Source: Kiritimatiellia bacterium (GTDB lineage Bacteria > Verrucomicrobiota > Kiritimatiellia > RFP12 > UBA1067). Taken from it: DNA of 64,000 nucleotides. Under the pieces are notes generated by a model that was not told the origin of the DNA, ran no database searches, and saw nothing but the letters and a program-made list of their open reading frames with translations. This document shows positions 9,137 to 18,947 of this stretch, piece by piece (position 1 is the stretch's first letter; each line of letters starts with the position of its first letter). A program made the position numbers and the translations under genes. The stretch covers positions 608,001 to 672,000 of the forward strand of contig JBMNFY010000017.1 in NCBI GenBank assembly GCA_050949565.1. Direction: 5' to 3'.

Positions 9137-10744
9137 TCACCGCACGATCACGCGGTTCCCGCTGCCACGCGCGTTCAGATAGGCCTCGGTCTTGTCGTCC
9201 AGCGGCACGTATGTCGGACGCGCCGCAGCCGAGGACAACTGCTCGACCGCCCCCAGGCGGGTCGCGGGCGTCCCCACAAAGACGTTTTCATCCAAACACG
9301 GTATCGAAGCGCTACCATCGGGATTCGTCAGGCTTGCGCAAATCTCGATCAGTTGCATGTGTGCACCCGCAAAGAGGTTGTTGCGGATCGTGTACCCCAT
9401 CGCACGGTTGGAGGTGACCCAACTTTTGATGTGGGCGTCCTGTCTACGATCCGGACGCTGCTCGCAGAGCCCCGTCCCCGCGTCCCACATCAGGTTGTCA
9501 GCGATCACGAAATCCTCCATGCGGCTGGGGTTGTTCGTGGGACAGCGCGAGAGAAAATACTCAATCGAGTAATTGCATTTCTCGAACACGTTCCCCACAT
9601 AACGGATGCCCTTCTGGAAAAGGATCTTTTCCTTGCCGCTGAAGCGCGACACGGCGTCGGCTTGATGCGTGACACCCGCGTCGTAGATCTGGTACACGTA
9701 ACAGTTCGTGACCGTGTAGCCGTCGCACCCGCCCACTTCCACCGCGTTGCCGTAGCGCACGCCCCACGCGCGACCGAAGAGGCCCTCGCCCTGGATGCCG
9801 CCACCGATCCAGCCGAACTCGCAGTTTTTAACGAGGAGGTTCTTGGAGCCGCCCTGATGGATGCCGTGCGCCCCGCCATACATCAGGCATAGGTTGTCGA
9901 AGGTTGTCCCCGCCTGACCGTGCGCCGTGATGATGTTATGGCGCAGGCCGAATTCAATCGATTTGAACCGCTTGCCCGGATTTTCCTTCGAATAGAGATA
10001 CAGTAGGCCCGTTCCGCGGCCGATGCCGTTCGTGGCGTAATCGTGGTAGAAGTGCAGATCGGAATCGAGACTGCGATAATCTGTGAACGGCCGCCCTGTG
10101 TATTGAGCCGTCGTGCGGCCGTCCTTGTGATAGACAGGCAGGATCTTGATCGCGTGTGCCGCACCCTCGTCGAAGACCACCAGACCGATGTCCGTACGCC
10201 CCAGAGGGCACGACCAGACATTCGGCGTGTCCGTCGCCTGCCAACGGGCCGGGTCCGCGCCGTTGAAGGGCGAGGCAATCAAACGCGGTTTCGGGCCTAT
10301 CCCGTAAGCGGAATAGGTGACGCCCTTAAGGCCTTTGAGCCCGCCCGCGTAGCCGGAGAACGGCTCGTCGGCAGGGTGGCCGGGGACATCGAGCGGCGTA
10401 CGCCAAGTCCCGCCCCGTTCAAAGAGCACGAAGGAGCCGGGCCGGATGTCGGTCGCGCGGTTCAGCCGCTCAACCGTTGCCCACGCCGTCGCGGGCGTTC
10501 GGCCATCCTGAGCGTCGTCACCAGCCTTCGCCAGATAGTAGACATCGCATCCTGCGGGCACCGTCAGGTTCGGCGTCGCGCGGATCTCGGCGATGCGCGC
10601 ATCCGTCAACTCGCGGAAACGCTTCACCGTCGCCGCCGGATCGGCCCCCACCATCGAGATGAGCTTCACTTCTGCCGACGCCGACAAACAGACCCATGCG
10701 GCAAATCCCGCCGCCACGCCCCCAACGATACTCGACTTCTTCAT
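9137..10744 (-). CDS. Secreted right-handed beta-helix (pectin-lyase-like) protein
   Basis: Start MKKSSIV overlaps the upstream stop (ATGA); signal peptide; YYLAKAGDDAQDGRTPATAWAT, FERGGTWR, YGNAVE, YDAGVTHQ. Confidence 0.8.
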   Translation of the reverse strand: MKKSSIVGGVAAGFAAWVCLSASAEVKLISMVGADPAATVKRFRELTDARIAEIRATPNLTVPAGCDVYYLAKAGDDAQDGRTPATAWATVERLNRATDIRPGSFVLFERGGTWRTPLDVPGHPADEPFSGYAGGLKGLKGVTYSAYGIGPKPRLIASPFNGADPARWQATDTPNVWSCPLGRTDIGLVVFDEGAAHAIKILPVYHKDGRTTAQYTGRPFTDYRSLDSDLHFYHDYATNGIGRGTGLLYLYSKENPGKRFKSIEFGLRHNIITAHGQAGTTFDNLCLMYGGAHGIHQGGSKNLLVKNCEFGWIGGGIQGEGLFGRAWGVRYGNAVEVGGCDGYTVTNCYVYQIYDAGVTHQADAVSRFSGKEKILFQKGIRYVGNVFEKCNYSIEYFLSRCPTNNPSRMEDFVIADNLMWDAGTGLCEQRPDRRQDAHIKSWVTSNRAMGYTIRNNLFAGAHMQLIEICASLTNPDGSASIPCLDENVFVGTPATRLGAVEQLSSAAARPTYVPLDDKTEAYLNARGSGNRVIVR

Positions 10745-11106
10745 TCCGCCGCTTCGATCTCCATCGTCGCCACCACGTCCACGCCCGTGCCACACACATT
10801 CTCCACAATCACGTCGCCGATCTTCACGGGCGGCGTCACGCAAGTCCGATGAATCTCCTCCACACAGGCAAAAATCATTGCCTTGGGGATCGGCTGCGCC
10901 GTCTTCACGCTGAGCGGCTCGCGACGGCCCCGCACACGCGCCAGCGTTGAGATATGACGTGTCGGGCACACGCACTCCTGTCGCGCATAGACCGCACCGC
11001 GTCCGCACGCTGCGCCATCCACTGCGGTCACCTGACCGTCTTCCAGCGTAACCCGCAGCCGGCATCCCATCGGGCATCCGATACACGTCAAAGTCTGTTC
11101 GCTCAT
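10741..11106 (-). CDS. DUF1667 CxxC protein
   Basis: CIGCPMGC, C.RGAVYA.QE...P.R, SVKT..PIPK, PVKIGD. Confidence 0.9.
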   Translation of the reverse strand: MSEQTLTCIGCPMGCRLRVTLEDGQVTAVDGAACGRGAVYARQECVCPTRHISTLARVRGRREPLSVKTAQPIPKAMIFACVEEIHRTCVTPPVKIGDVIVENVCGTGVDVVATMEIEAAE

Positions 11107-12362
11107 GACTCCACCTCCACCGTCAACTCGGCGGTTCCGGCATGTCGTTCCAGCGTATCCTTGGGCACAACGAGCCGCACCATTTCGCCGGGGGTCATGA
11201 TCCGGGAACGCTTACGCAACACCTCTTCGCCATCAATCCGAACCACCGCCGCAGCATCCTTGAAGACCGCTGACGGACGGAACATCAGCGGCACCCCGTC
11301 AGTCACCCGCGCCGCGCACACCGTCTGCGGCACCAAACCGCGGACACCCGCGCCGTCGCGTACGCGGATATCGCTACCGCGCGCCTGCTGGCCCTCTTGC
11401 GCGTACCGCGCCGCCTGACGTCCTGCTTCTTCCGATTCAACCGTCACATGATCCACCAAATCATGGACATGCAAAACATTGCCGCAGGCGAAAATCCCCG
11501 GCACACTGGTTTGCAACGATTCGTCAACCAGCGGTCCGCATGTGATCGCGGAGATCCCGACACCCGCCGCGCGTGAGAGTTCATTCTCAGGAATCAGGCC
11601 GACCGAAAGCAACAGCGTATCGCACGCCAACCGCTGCTCGGTGCCGGGCAACGGCCGGCGCTGGTCATCGACCTGCGCGATGGTCACCGCTTCCAACCGT
11701 TCGCGCCCGTGGATGTCGATCACCGTATGGCTCAGCAACAACGGGATGTCATAATCATCCAGGCACTGCACCACATTACGTGTGAGCCCGCTGGAAAAGG
11801 GCATCAGTTCCACGCACGCCAACACTTGCGCTCCTTCGAGTGTCATGCGCCGCGCCATGATAAGACCGATATCCCCCGAGCCCAGAATCACCACACGCCG
11901 TCCGGGCATCCAACCATCCAGATTCATGAAGCGCTGTGCCAGACCGGCCGGATAGATACCAGCCGGACGCCAGCCCGGTACCCTCAGCGCTCCGCGCGTC
12001 CGTTCGCGGCACCCCATCGCCAACACAACGGCCTTGGCACGGAAACGCTGCAAGCCGAAGGTCGGGCTGACCGTCGTCACCTCGCGATCGGGCGTCACCG
12101 ACAGCACCATCGTGTTGCACTGTGCCGACAGACCGAGCGCGTGAAACTGCTGCACAAAGCGATGCGCGTATTCCGGCCCCGTCAAATCCTCCTTGAACAC
12201 ATGCATGCCGAACCCGGCGTGGATGCACTGACGCAAGATACCGCCCAGTGCCGGTTCGCGCTCCAGCAACAGCACCTTACGGCAACCGGCCTCATGCGCC
12301 GCGATAGCTGCCGCCAGCCCGGCCGGTCCGCCGCCGATGATAAGCACGTCGATCTCAGTCAT
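11103..12362 (-). CDS. NAD(P)/FAD-dependent oxidoreductase (partner of GlpA/LhgO-like subunit)
   Basis: GGGPAG, GGILRQCIH.GFG, LTGPEY, GSGDIGLIMARR, CGNVLHVHDLVD. Confidence 0.9.
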   Translation of the reverse strand: MTEIDVLIIGGGPAGLAAAIAAHEAGCRKVLLLEREPALGGILRQCIHAGFGMHVFKEDLTGPEYAHRFVQQFHALGLSAQCNTMVLSVTPDREVTTVSPTFGLQRFRAKAVVLAMGCRERTRGALRVPGWRPAGIYPAGLAQRFMNLDGWMPGRRVVILGSGDIGLIMARRMTLEGAQVLACVELMPFSSGLTRNVVQCLDDYDIPLLLSHTVIDIHGRERLEAVTIAQVDDQRRPLPGTEQRLACDTLLLSVGLIPENELSRAAGVGISAITCGPLVDESLQTSVPGIFACGNVLHVHDLVDHVTVESEEAGRQAARYAQEGQQARGSDIRVRDGAGVRGLVPQTVCAARVTDGVPLMFRPSAVFKDAAAVVRIDGEEVLRKRSRIMTPGEMVRLVVPKDTLERHAGTAELTVEVES

Positions 12363-13872
12363 GGGAAACCTCCTGACGCTCAACGCTCGACGTTTGACAG
12401 GCCGCATCAGAATCGGTCTCCGCGTGTCGTGTGCCACACGTCACCAAAATCCGCGAGTCGCCGCCGAATTTCGTGACCTGCTCCGGCGTCAATCCCAACT
12501 CTTCGCACAGGATCGTGATGATGCGCGGCGTACAGAAACCACCCTGGCAGCGGCCCATGCCCGCGCGCGTGCGCCGCTTGACACCGTCCAGCGTCCGCGC
12601 TCCAATGCGGCTACGGACCGCTGCCCGAATCTCAGCCTCCGTCACATTTTCGCAACGACAGACGATCCGCCCGTAGGACGGGTCGGCCGTGATCGCGGCG
12701 ACACGTTCCGCATCGGTCATCTCGCGGAACGGCTTTGGAAATACCGGACACGGGGTCATGGAAGACGAACGCTGCGCGCCGAGTTTCTCCCCTATCCGCT
12801 CCGCTAGCCAGACCGCCACCGCCGGTGCCGCCGTAAGTCCCGGCGACTCCATCGCCGCCGCATTGAAAAACAGCGGTGCGTCAGGTGCCTCTCCCACCAC
12901 AAAGTCATCACGATCGCCATGAGCACGCAGGCCGGAGAAGGTCGCGATCACGCCGCTCATCGGTAACTGCTCCCAAACCCGCGTCGCCGATTCAACCACC
13001 TTGCGCAAACCATCGGCGGTTGTGCGGGTGTCGCTTTTATCATCGATATCCTCAGCCGTCGGCCCGACAATCAGCGTATCGTCCACGGTCGGCGCGACCA
13101 ACACGCCCTTGCCCAGCGGAGTCGGAACCTGGAAGATCGTCGCACGGAACGTACCCGCGTACTGTTTGTCGATCATCAGATACTCGCCGCGCCGTGCCGT
13201 GATCGAAAACTTTTGTGTGCTGACCCGATTGTTCAATTCATCCGCATAGACACCGGCGGCATTCACTACCGCACGCGTGCGGAACACGCCGCCATCGGCG
13301 GTCGTCACCTGCCAGAGACCGTCGGGCGCGCGCGTCACGTCAACAACGCGCCGTTCAAAGTGAAAGACAACGCCATTCGCGGCGGCGTGCTCGGCCAGCC
13401 GGAAGGTAAGTCCATACGGACAGCAGATGCCGCCGCTGGGCGCGAACAGCGCGCCGATGACCGCGCGGCTGATGTTCGGTTCCAAGGCGCGAACCTCATC
13501 CTGCGTGAGCACCTGCAATCCCGGCACGCCGTTGCCTTCACCGCGCGTCTTCAATGCATGGAGCGCGGCGAGATCGCTGTCGTCGAAAGCCGCCACAAGC
13601 GAAGTGTTCCGAATGAACGGAACGTCCAGTTCGCGGCACCAATCCTCGAAAAGCGCGTTGCCGAGCACATTGAATCGCGCTTTGGCCGATCCGGGTGCTG
13701 CATCATAGCCCGCATGTATGATTGCGCTATTGGCTTTGGTCGTGCCCTCTGCCACATCGCCCGCTTGATCCAGCACGCAGACCCGCAATGCGTAGCGCGA
13801 CACTTCGCGCGCGATTGCGCATCCCACTACGCCGGCTCCTACGACCAGCACATCTGAATAATCCTGCGTCAT
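12355..13872 (-). CDS. FAD-dependent oxidoreductase with C-terminal BFD-like [2Fe-2S] domain (GlpA/LhgO-like)
   Basis: GAGVVG, TTKANSAIIHAGYD, SPGLTAAP, CRCE...KRRTRAGMGRCQGGFC. Confidence 0.9.
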   Translation of the reverse strand: MTQDYSDVLVVGAGVVGCAIAREVSRYALRVCVLDQAGDVAEGTTKANSAIIHAGYDAAPGSAKARFNVLGNALFEDWCRELDVPFIRNTSLVAAFDDSDLAALHALKTRGEGNGVPGLQVLTQDEVRALEPNISRAVIGALFAPSGGICCPYGLTFRLAEHAAANGVVFHFERRVVDVTRAPDGLWQVTTADGGVFRTRAVVNAAGVYADELNNRVSTQKFSITARRGEYLMIDKQYAGTFRATIFQVPTPLGKGVLVAPTVDDTLIVGPTAEDIDDKSDTRTTADGLRKVVESATRVWEQLPMSGVIATFSGLRAHGDRDDFVVGEAPDAPLFFNAAAMESPGLTAAPAVAVWLAERIGEKLGAQRSSSMTPCPVFPKPFREMTDAERVAAITADPSYGRIVCRCENVTEAEIRAAVRSRIGARTLDGVKRRTRAGMGRCQGGFCTPRIITILCEELGLTPEQVTKFGGDSRILVTCGTRHAETDSDAACQTSSVERQEVSHD

Positions 13873-13904
13873 ATCTGTCCCATCTATTCCCTGTCGCGCA
13901 TGCG

Positions 13905-16193
13905 CTAGTCGGCAACCTCCAAGAAGATGCCCTCGCCCGGTGCCAGTGTCAGCGTCGTAAGGCCGTTGTTATCGGGCTTGCATACCACACGCTGGCCGCG
14001 CGGCCAAGCAACAACGCGCGAACCGCGCAGCCGCAGTTTAACATGCGCCGTCTGAAGTGCTTCTAATTCACTCATATTCACCACCGTCAACGCGCTGCCC
14101 GTTCCCTCCTTGGCAGCGAAGCATCCGATCAACAACGGCTGTTCGCACTCGATCCGCTCGATGGCGGGAAAGCGTTCGAGCGGCTGGCTGAACTTTAGAT
14201 ACGGCGTAGCATCCGAGCAGCCGTGGCTCATCGCGCCTAGATTCTTGTAACGCACAAAGGCATCGGAGATGAGCGCGATCTCTTTGAAAACCGTTCCGGC
14301 GTCGTACCAAGCGTTCTGGCGCTTGCCCTGCATCGACACCAGCGAGGGGAACTCCGGCTTGTAACCGGCGTAGGTCCAGCACAGCAGACCTTTGCAACCG
14401 AAGGAGAGCATGCAGTAGGACTGCCAACGAAACTCGGACTCCGTCGGCGTTCGCTTGCTCGGCACCCAGGCGAAGGTCTGAATGCAGCACCAGAAGTCCT
14501 TGTCGTGCTCGCGCGCTGAACGCGCGATGACGTTGATCGATTCGCAATACTCTTTGTAGGTGGTCCGCCGCCCCTGCGACCAGTTGAGCGGGTAAATGTC
14601 GGTGCAGATGTAGGGCTCGTCGAACATCTGGCAGAACGAGTCGCAGTACTTTTTGTAGAGGGCGGGATCGGGATCGTAATACTCGATGGCCGCGGCGTGC
14701 GCCCCGAACTTCAGTTGGGCGGCGTTGGCGTACATCGGCAACAGGTTGATGTAGGGCAGCTTGCCTTGGGTGTCGCGACGGTAGGCCTTACAGATTTCAG
14801 CCCACTTGGCGTATTGATCCGTTCCGGGTTCATCCGTGATGTAGGTGCCGGCAAAGCTCGGATGGTCGTAATAGTCTGCCGTTGCCACCGCCGCGTTATG
14901 GTAGGCGCCGTCACCTAGGATCAGTTCCACACCGTGCCGGTCGCACTCGCGCAACAGCCATTCGCGACGATCCGCCCCCGCAAACGCGCCATGCGCGATG
15001 ATCCAGTCGAAACCCGCAGAGCGATAGGTGGCGATAAAGTCGTCCGTGATCGCCTCGGCGTGCAGATTAACCCAGGCTCCGATCCGGATGCGATCGCGGG
15101 TCAGATACGCGTGAGTGTAAGGGGAGTCGATGGCCGTGCCCAATGCCTGTTTGACAGCCGTTTGAAGCACGGTGGCCGCTTCGGCGCGGCTGGCTGGCCG
15201 CTTCGGCGCGGCCGATTTGACACCGCCCTCGCGCAGCCGCGCAAGCGCCCGCGTCCAATCGGCTTCGGAGATCGCCGCTCCCGGACGGAACGCACGCGCG
15301 TCAGCCGCACCGAGAAGTTCACGGGCGACCACGAACCGGATGGCTTGGCGCACCGGCTCTTCAAGGCCCGCGATGTCGTCCAGCGCCACCGCGCCCTCCG
15401 CGAGCCGGTAGGTACCGGGCAGACACGCGATAAACCGCGTATAACCGCGACGGTTGGTATCGCAAAACGGAATCACCCGTTCGTCGCCGCCGTCTTTCGG
15501 CTGAAAGCGGACGACCGTTGTTTCGGACGGTTGCGCCACCTCGGTCGAGCGCAACAGGTAGTCATTACGATCATAACCGTCGGACAGACAACCACCGGGA
15601 ACCTGCACCTGCTGCATCGGCGCGAGAAACCGCGTGGGCTGCGAGTAGTCGGCCGCGTCCACAGCCGCGTCGAGGAAGCGTTGCGCCGCCTCGTGCGAAG
15701 GGAAGAAACCGAAGCGCGAGATTTCGCAGGCGGAATCCGTAGTGCTGGGATTGGTCGGGTCGAGACGGAAACCAGTGATCGTGCCCTTCCACTCCTTGTG
15801 GGCGAAGGTGCGCATGTCAACGATCACCGTGCGCCACGTGTTGTCGCCGGTCACCGAAAACTGCGAGTAGCTCTTGTCGGACAGCGAGGTCAGCGTATCG
15901 GTCGTAAAAAACAGTCCGCCCTGCCGTATCGCAGTGCGGTATTTGTAGCGCAGGGCAAAGAAGGGGCGTTCTGCGGCCGGGAACGCATCCGCCGCGCCCA
16001 TCGGCATCGTCACGGTCAGGTCAGTGCCGGTCGGCACCAGTTTCGTGAGACCGACTTCAGCGCAGAGTTGCCCCTGACCGACTGACATCAGTCGGACATC
16101 AGGACCGTTGTTGAAGATCCACACCGGTTCGCGCGCCAACAGCCCCGTACAGCACAACCACCCCGCCAACACCACACACGCTTTACGTTTCAT
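13905..16193 (-). CDS. Secreted modular putative glycoside hydrolase (beta-sandwich, SLH-like segment, TIM-barrel-like C-terminus)
   Basis: Signal peptide; FRLDP sandwich motif; FRPGAAIS...SRAEAATVL; YITDEP, YINLLP, TDIYP, FWCCIQ, SFGCKGLLCWTY. Confidence 0.65.
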   Translation of the reverse strand: MKRKACVVLAGWLCCTGLLAREPVWIFNNGPDVRLMSVGQGQLCAEVGLTKLVPTGTDLTVTMPMGAADAFPAAERPFFALRYKYRTAIRQGGLFFTTDTLTSLSDKSYSQFSVTGDNTWRTVIVDMRTFAHKEWKGTITGFRLDPTNPSTTDSACEISRFGFFPSHEAAQRFLDAAVDAADYSQPTRFLAPMQQVQVPGGCLSDGYDRNDYLLRSTEVAQPSETTVVRFQPKDGGDERVIPFCDTNRRGYTRFIACLPGTYRLAEGAVALDDIAGLEEPVRQAIRFVVARELLGAADARAFRPGAAISEADWTRALARLREGGVKSAAPKRPASRAEAATVLQTAVKQALGTAIDSPYTHAYLTRDRIRIGAWVNLHAEAITDDFIATYRSAGFDWIIAHGAFAGADRREWLLRECDRHGVELILGDGAYHNAAVATADYYDHPSFAGTYITDEPGTDQYAKWAEICKAYRRDTQGKLPYINLLPMYANAAQLKFGAHAAAIEYYDPDPALYKKYCDSFCQMFDEPYICTDIYPLNWSQGRRTTYKEYCESINVIARSAREHDKDFWCCIQTFAWVPSKRTPTESEFRWQSYCMLSFGCKGLLCWTYAGYKPEFPSLVSMQGKRQNAWYDAGTVFKEIALISDAFVRYKNLGAMSHGCSDATPYLKFSQPLERFPAIERIECEQPLLIGCFAAKEGTGSALTVVNMSELEALQTAHVKLRLRGSRVVAWPRGQRVVCKPDNNGLTTLTLAPGEGIFLEVAD

Positions 16194-16215
16194 GCCACAC
16201 ACCTTTCCCGCCCGC

Positions 16216-18873
16216 TCACGGAGCAGGCGTCAAAACAAGATTATCGACCTCATAGACCGAACCGAGCGTGCCATTGCTGCAGAAGCCAACCCATCCCAGT
16301 GTCTTGAATCCCGACGCGCACGGCAAGTCCGTGAACACCCGCGCCTGCGTCTCACCCGGCAAACGTACACGCACCTCATACCGACCGTTGCAGGCATCGC
16401 CGACCCCGGTTCGTAGTTCGACATGGAACCAAGCATGGTACGGAACTTTCAGCAACTCCTTCCCGTGCATACCGCGCATCAGGCCATCCCCGTCGATCGA
16501 GATCATCGGGCCGGAAGCGTACCACGGATCGACATCACGCAGTTCCAGGCTGGGTTGCGCGCCTTTACCGATACGCAGGTCACAGGAAAAGGCCACCATG
16601 CCCTGCCGACGTACAGAGTAAGCATAAAAATGGGGCTCATAGCCCTCAAGTTCATCGCGCACGCGCAGCGCACGTCGTCCGCCGGCCGCCACTTCGTCGG
16701 TCACCTGCACCAGCTCATCACGACCGCCGGATGCAAGATGCCAGCCGAGGATTCCTTGCCCGACAGCCAGTTTTTCAAAATCTTCGGCAAGCGGCAGTTC
16801 GGGCTCAAGCGGTGCCGGAGCGTAGGCCCCGGGCGGACGCGGCAACGTGTCGGTGGTGTTGGCGCGGACGCGGCGACCTGCCGCCGAAATATCGAACGGC
16901 ACGAAGCCCAGCTTAAGTGCGGGTGAGTTGTCGGCCAGACGGAAATCGCGGCGCGCCGCGTCGACAAAAAGCGGATCGGCGACACAGGCACCGGGCTCCC
17001 GCGCGAGCCAGCGGCCAGTCGGCGTGTCGGTCGCCAGCAAGGCATTGGAACTGCTCCCCACGCGCCAATAGAGGTTGCTGGCAAAACGGCAGTGGGCTGG
17101 CGGCGCGTGCAGGAACAGGTCGCGTTGCTGCCAGACGAAGAGGTTGCGCTCCACGCGCAGCGGATCGCCCTCGGAAGAGGTATCAGCCGTCAGTTGGTTT
17201 TTCCCGCCGAACGCGAAGATGTTATTGCGCACGATGTTGTTCTTGGAAGCACTGCCGTGGATCAAGCCGCCATCCTCGGCGTCGTAAACCAGATTGTTCT
17301 CAACGAGGATATGCGAGCTGCCCGAATCGAAGTAGACGCCCCAGCCGCCGTAGCGCGACCGTCGGATGTCATACATGACATTGAAGCGCTCGACCGATCC
17401 GGGTTGCTCGCCGAGCATGTAAATGCCGCCCATATCGGAGAGCACGCCTTGACCGATGCGAAAAATGCGGTTCCATTCGATACGGTTCGCGCAGGCGGGA
17501 TTGGGACCGAAGCACCACTTCCAACCGGCTGAAACGCCGCTGTAGTAGAGGTCGTGGATCGTGTTGTGCGCGACGGTGTTGGAAGCGGCATGGCCGATCC
17601 AGACGCCGACGCCAGCGGGATGGACGCGTCCGCCATACGCGATCAGCGTTTCGCGAACGGTGCATGCATATGCGTAGTTGCGCGGGTCTTCCTCCCCCTT
17701 CCAAGCCACGCCAATCTTCACACCGCCAGCACCGAGATCGAACAACTCGCAGTTGTCGACGACGCAGTCGCGACAGCCGTTGCCGAAGTCCACCGCATAG
17801 GTGCCGGTGTGGCGCACCGTGCAACGCTCGACGCGGACATGCCGCGCGTTGCGCGCCGTGAACGTGCCGGTGATCGGCGCTTCCGCCTGCGCATAGGAGT
17901 ATCCTTCGGCTGGCACGTTCCAGCCGTTGTGGGCCAGCGTCAATCCGCGAAAAACGAGATGCTCGACCGTCGTGCCCGCCTCGACATCACCGGCCAGCGT
18001 GATGACCGTCGCATGGCGCGGCGCAACCACACACGCCGTGACAGGGTCTTCGCCCGGCAGCGGAATATATGTGAGCACACCGCGCTCACGATCCAGATAC
18101 CACTGGCCCGGCTGATCGAAAGCCTCGATCACATTCTCGACGCGGTACCAGTTACGCGGCGTGATATCGTTCAACGTGGGATGCCAAGTCCGACCGGCGA
18201 GAATCACCGTGCGGGGTGCCGATTCGATGGCACGGATCGGGAAGCGCGAGAGGTTCCAGTTGTGGACGATGCAGACCTCTTTTTCGGCGAGATTGCGCCA
18301 CGTCGGCAGGATGTCGCCCTCGTGATAGACAAAGCGGTCAGGACAGACATTCGGCTCGACCGGCGAGGTCGCCGCGACAAAGCGGTATCCCTCGCGCGGC
18401 CACATCGGACGGAAGCGGCGCTGGTCGTTGACGTACAGTTGGGAAAAGACCCAGCCGCCGCGCGCGGCCGCAGGCAGTTCAACTTGCCAGCGGCCTTCCG
18501 GCGTGACACGCCAACCGCTGACAGGCACCCCGGCGCTGAGCAATGGCTGCTCGCCCTCGGCCGCCTCGTAAACAATCGGTGCGGCAGCAGTACCGGAGTC
18601 ATCGGGCGTGAATGTCAGCGGCTGCTCCAAGCGATAGGTACCGCCGCGCACGCGCACAACGACAGGACGCTGGCGTTCCGGCTCCTGACGCTTCAGATCG
18701 CGCACCGCGCGTCGCGCCCGGTCCAGCGTGGCGAAGGGTTGCGCGACCGTGCCCGCGCCCGCGTCACTCCCGTCCGGCGCAACCACGAAATCGGGTGTAC
18801 TCGCCGCGCCCCCTTCGAGTGCAGCCCAGAAGCAAACGCCTACGATTACCAGCCCAACAACTCCCCGCTTCAT
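16216..18873 (-). CDS. Secreted beta-helix glycoside hydrolase, GH141-like
   Basis: VAPDGSD..AGT..QPFATL.RAR, RGGTYRL, DQPGQWYLD, HNTIHDLYYSGVS.GW, LSDMGGIYMLG, WGVYFD.GS. Confidence 0.8.
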   Translation of the reverse strand: MKRGVVGLVIVGVCFWAALEGGAASTPDFVVAPDGSDAGAGTVAQPFATLDRARRAVRDLKRQEPERQRPVVVRVRGGTYRLEQPLTFTPDDSGTAAAPIVYEAAEGEQPLLSAGVPVSGWRVTPEGRWQVELPAAARGGWVFSQLYVNDQRRFRPMWPREGYRFVAATSPVEPNVCPDRFVYHEGDILPTWRNLAEKEVCIVHNWNLSRFPIRAIESAPRTVILAGRTWHPTLNDITPRNWYRVENVIEAFDQPGQWYLDRERGVLTYIPLPGEDPVTACVVAPRHATVITLAGDVEAGTTVEHLVFRGLTLAHNGWNVPAEGYSYAQAEAPITGTFTARNARHVRVERCTVRHTGTYAVDFGNGCRDCVVDNCELFDLGAGGVKIGVAWKGEEDPRNYAYACTVRETLIAYGGRVHPAGVGVWIGHAASNTVAHNTIHDLYYSGVSAGWKWCFGPNPACANRIEWNRIFRIGQGVLSDMGGIYMLGEQPGSVERFNVMYDIRRSRYGGWGVYFDSGSSHILVENNLVYDAEDGGLIHGSASKNNIVRNNIFAFGGKNQLTADTSSEGDPLRVERNLFVWQQRDLFLHAPPAHCRFASNLYWRVGSSSNALLATDTPTGRWLAREPGACVADPLFVDAARRDFRLADNSPALKLGFVPFDISAAGRRVRANTTDTLPRPPGAYAPAPLEPELPLAEDFEKLAVGQGILGWHLASGGRDELVQVTDEVAAGGRRALRVRDELEGYEPHFYAYSVRRQGMVAFSCDLRIGKGAQPSLELRDVDPWYASGPMISIDGDGLMRGMHGKELLKVPYHAWFHVELRTGVGDACNGRYEVRVRLPGETQARVFTDLPCASGFKTLGWVGFCSNGTLGSVYEVDNLVLTPAP

Positions 18874-18947
18874 ATCCTTGGTCTCTCCTTGCCGTTTTAC
18901 GCTCCGCATGGCATCCGAGCCGTTCCTGCCGTGTCCTTTATCTTCTC

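Noticed and set aside
10745-11086. N-terminal extension of the 649-aa ORF
   Set aside because: Overlaps DUF1667; the signal peptide begins at 10744
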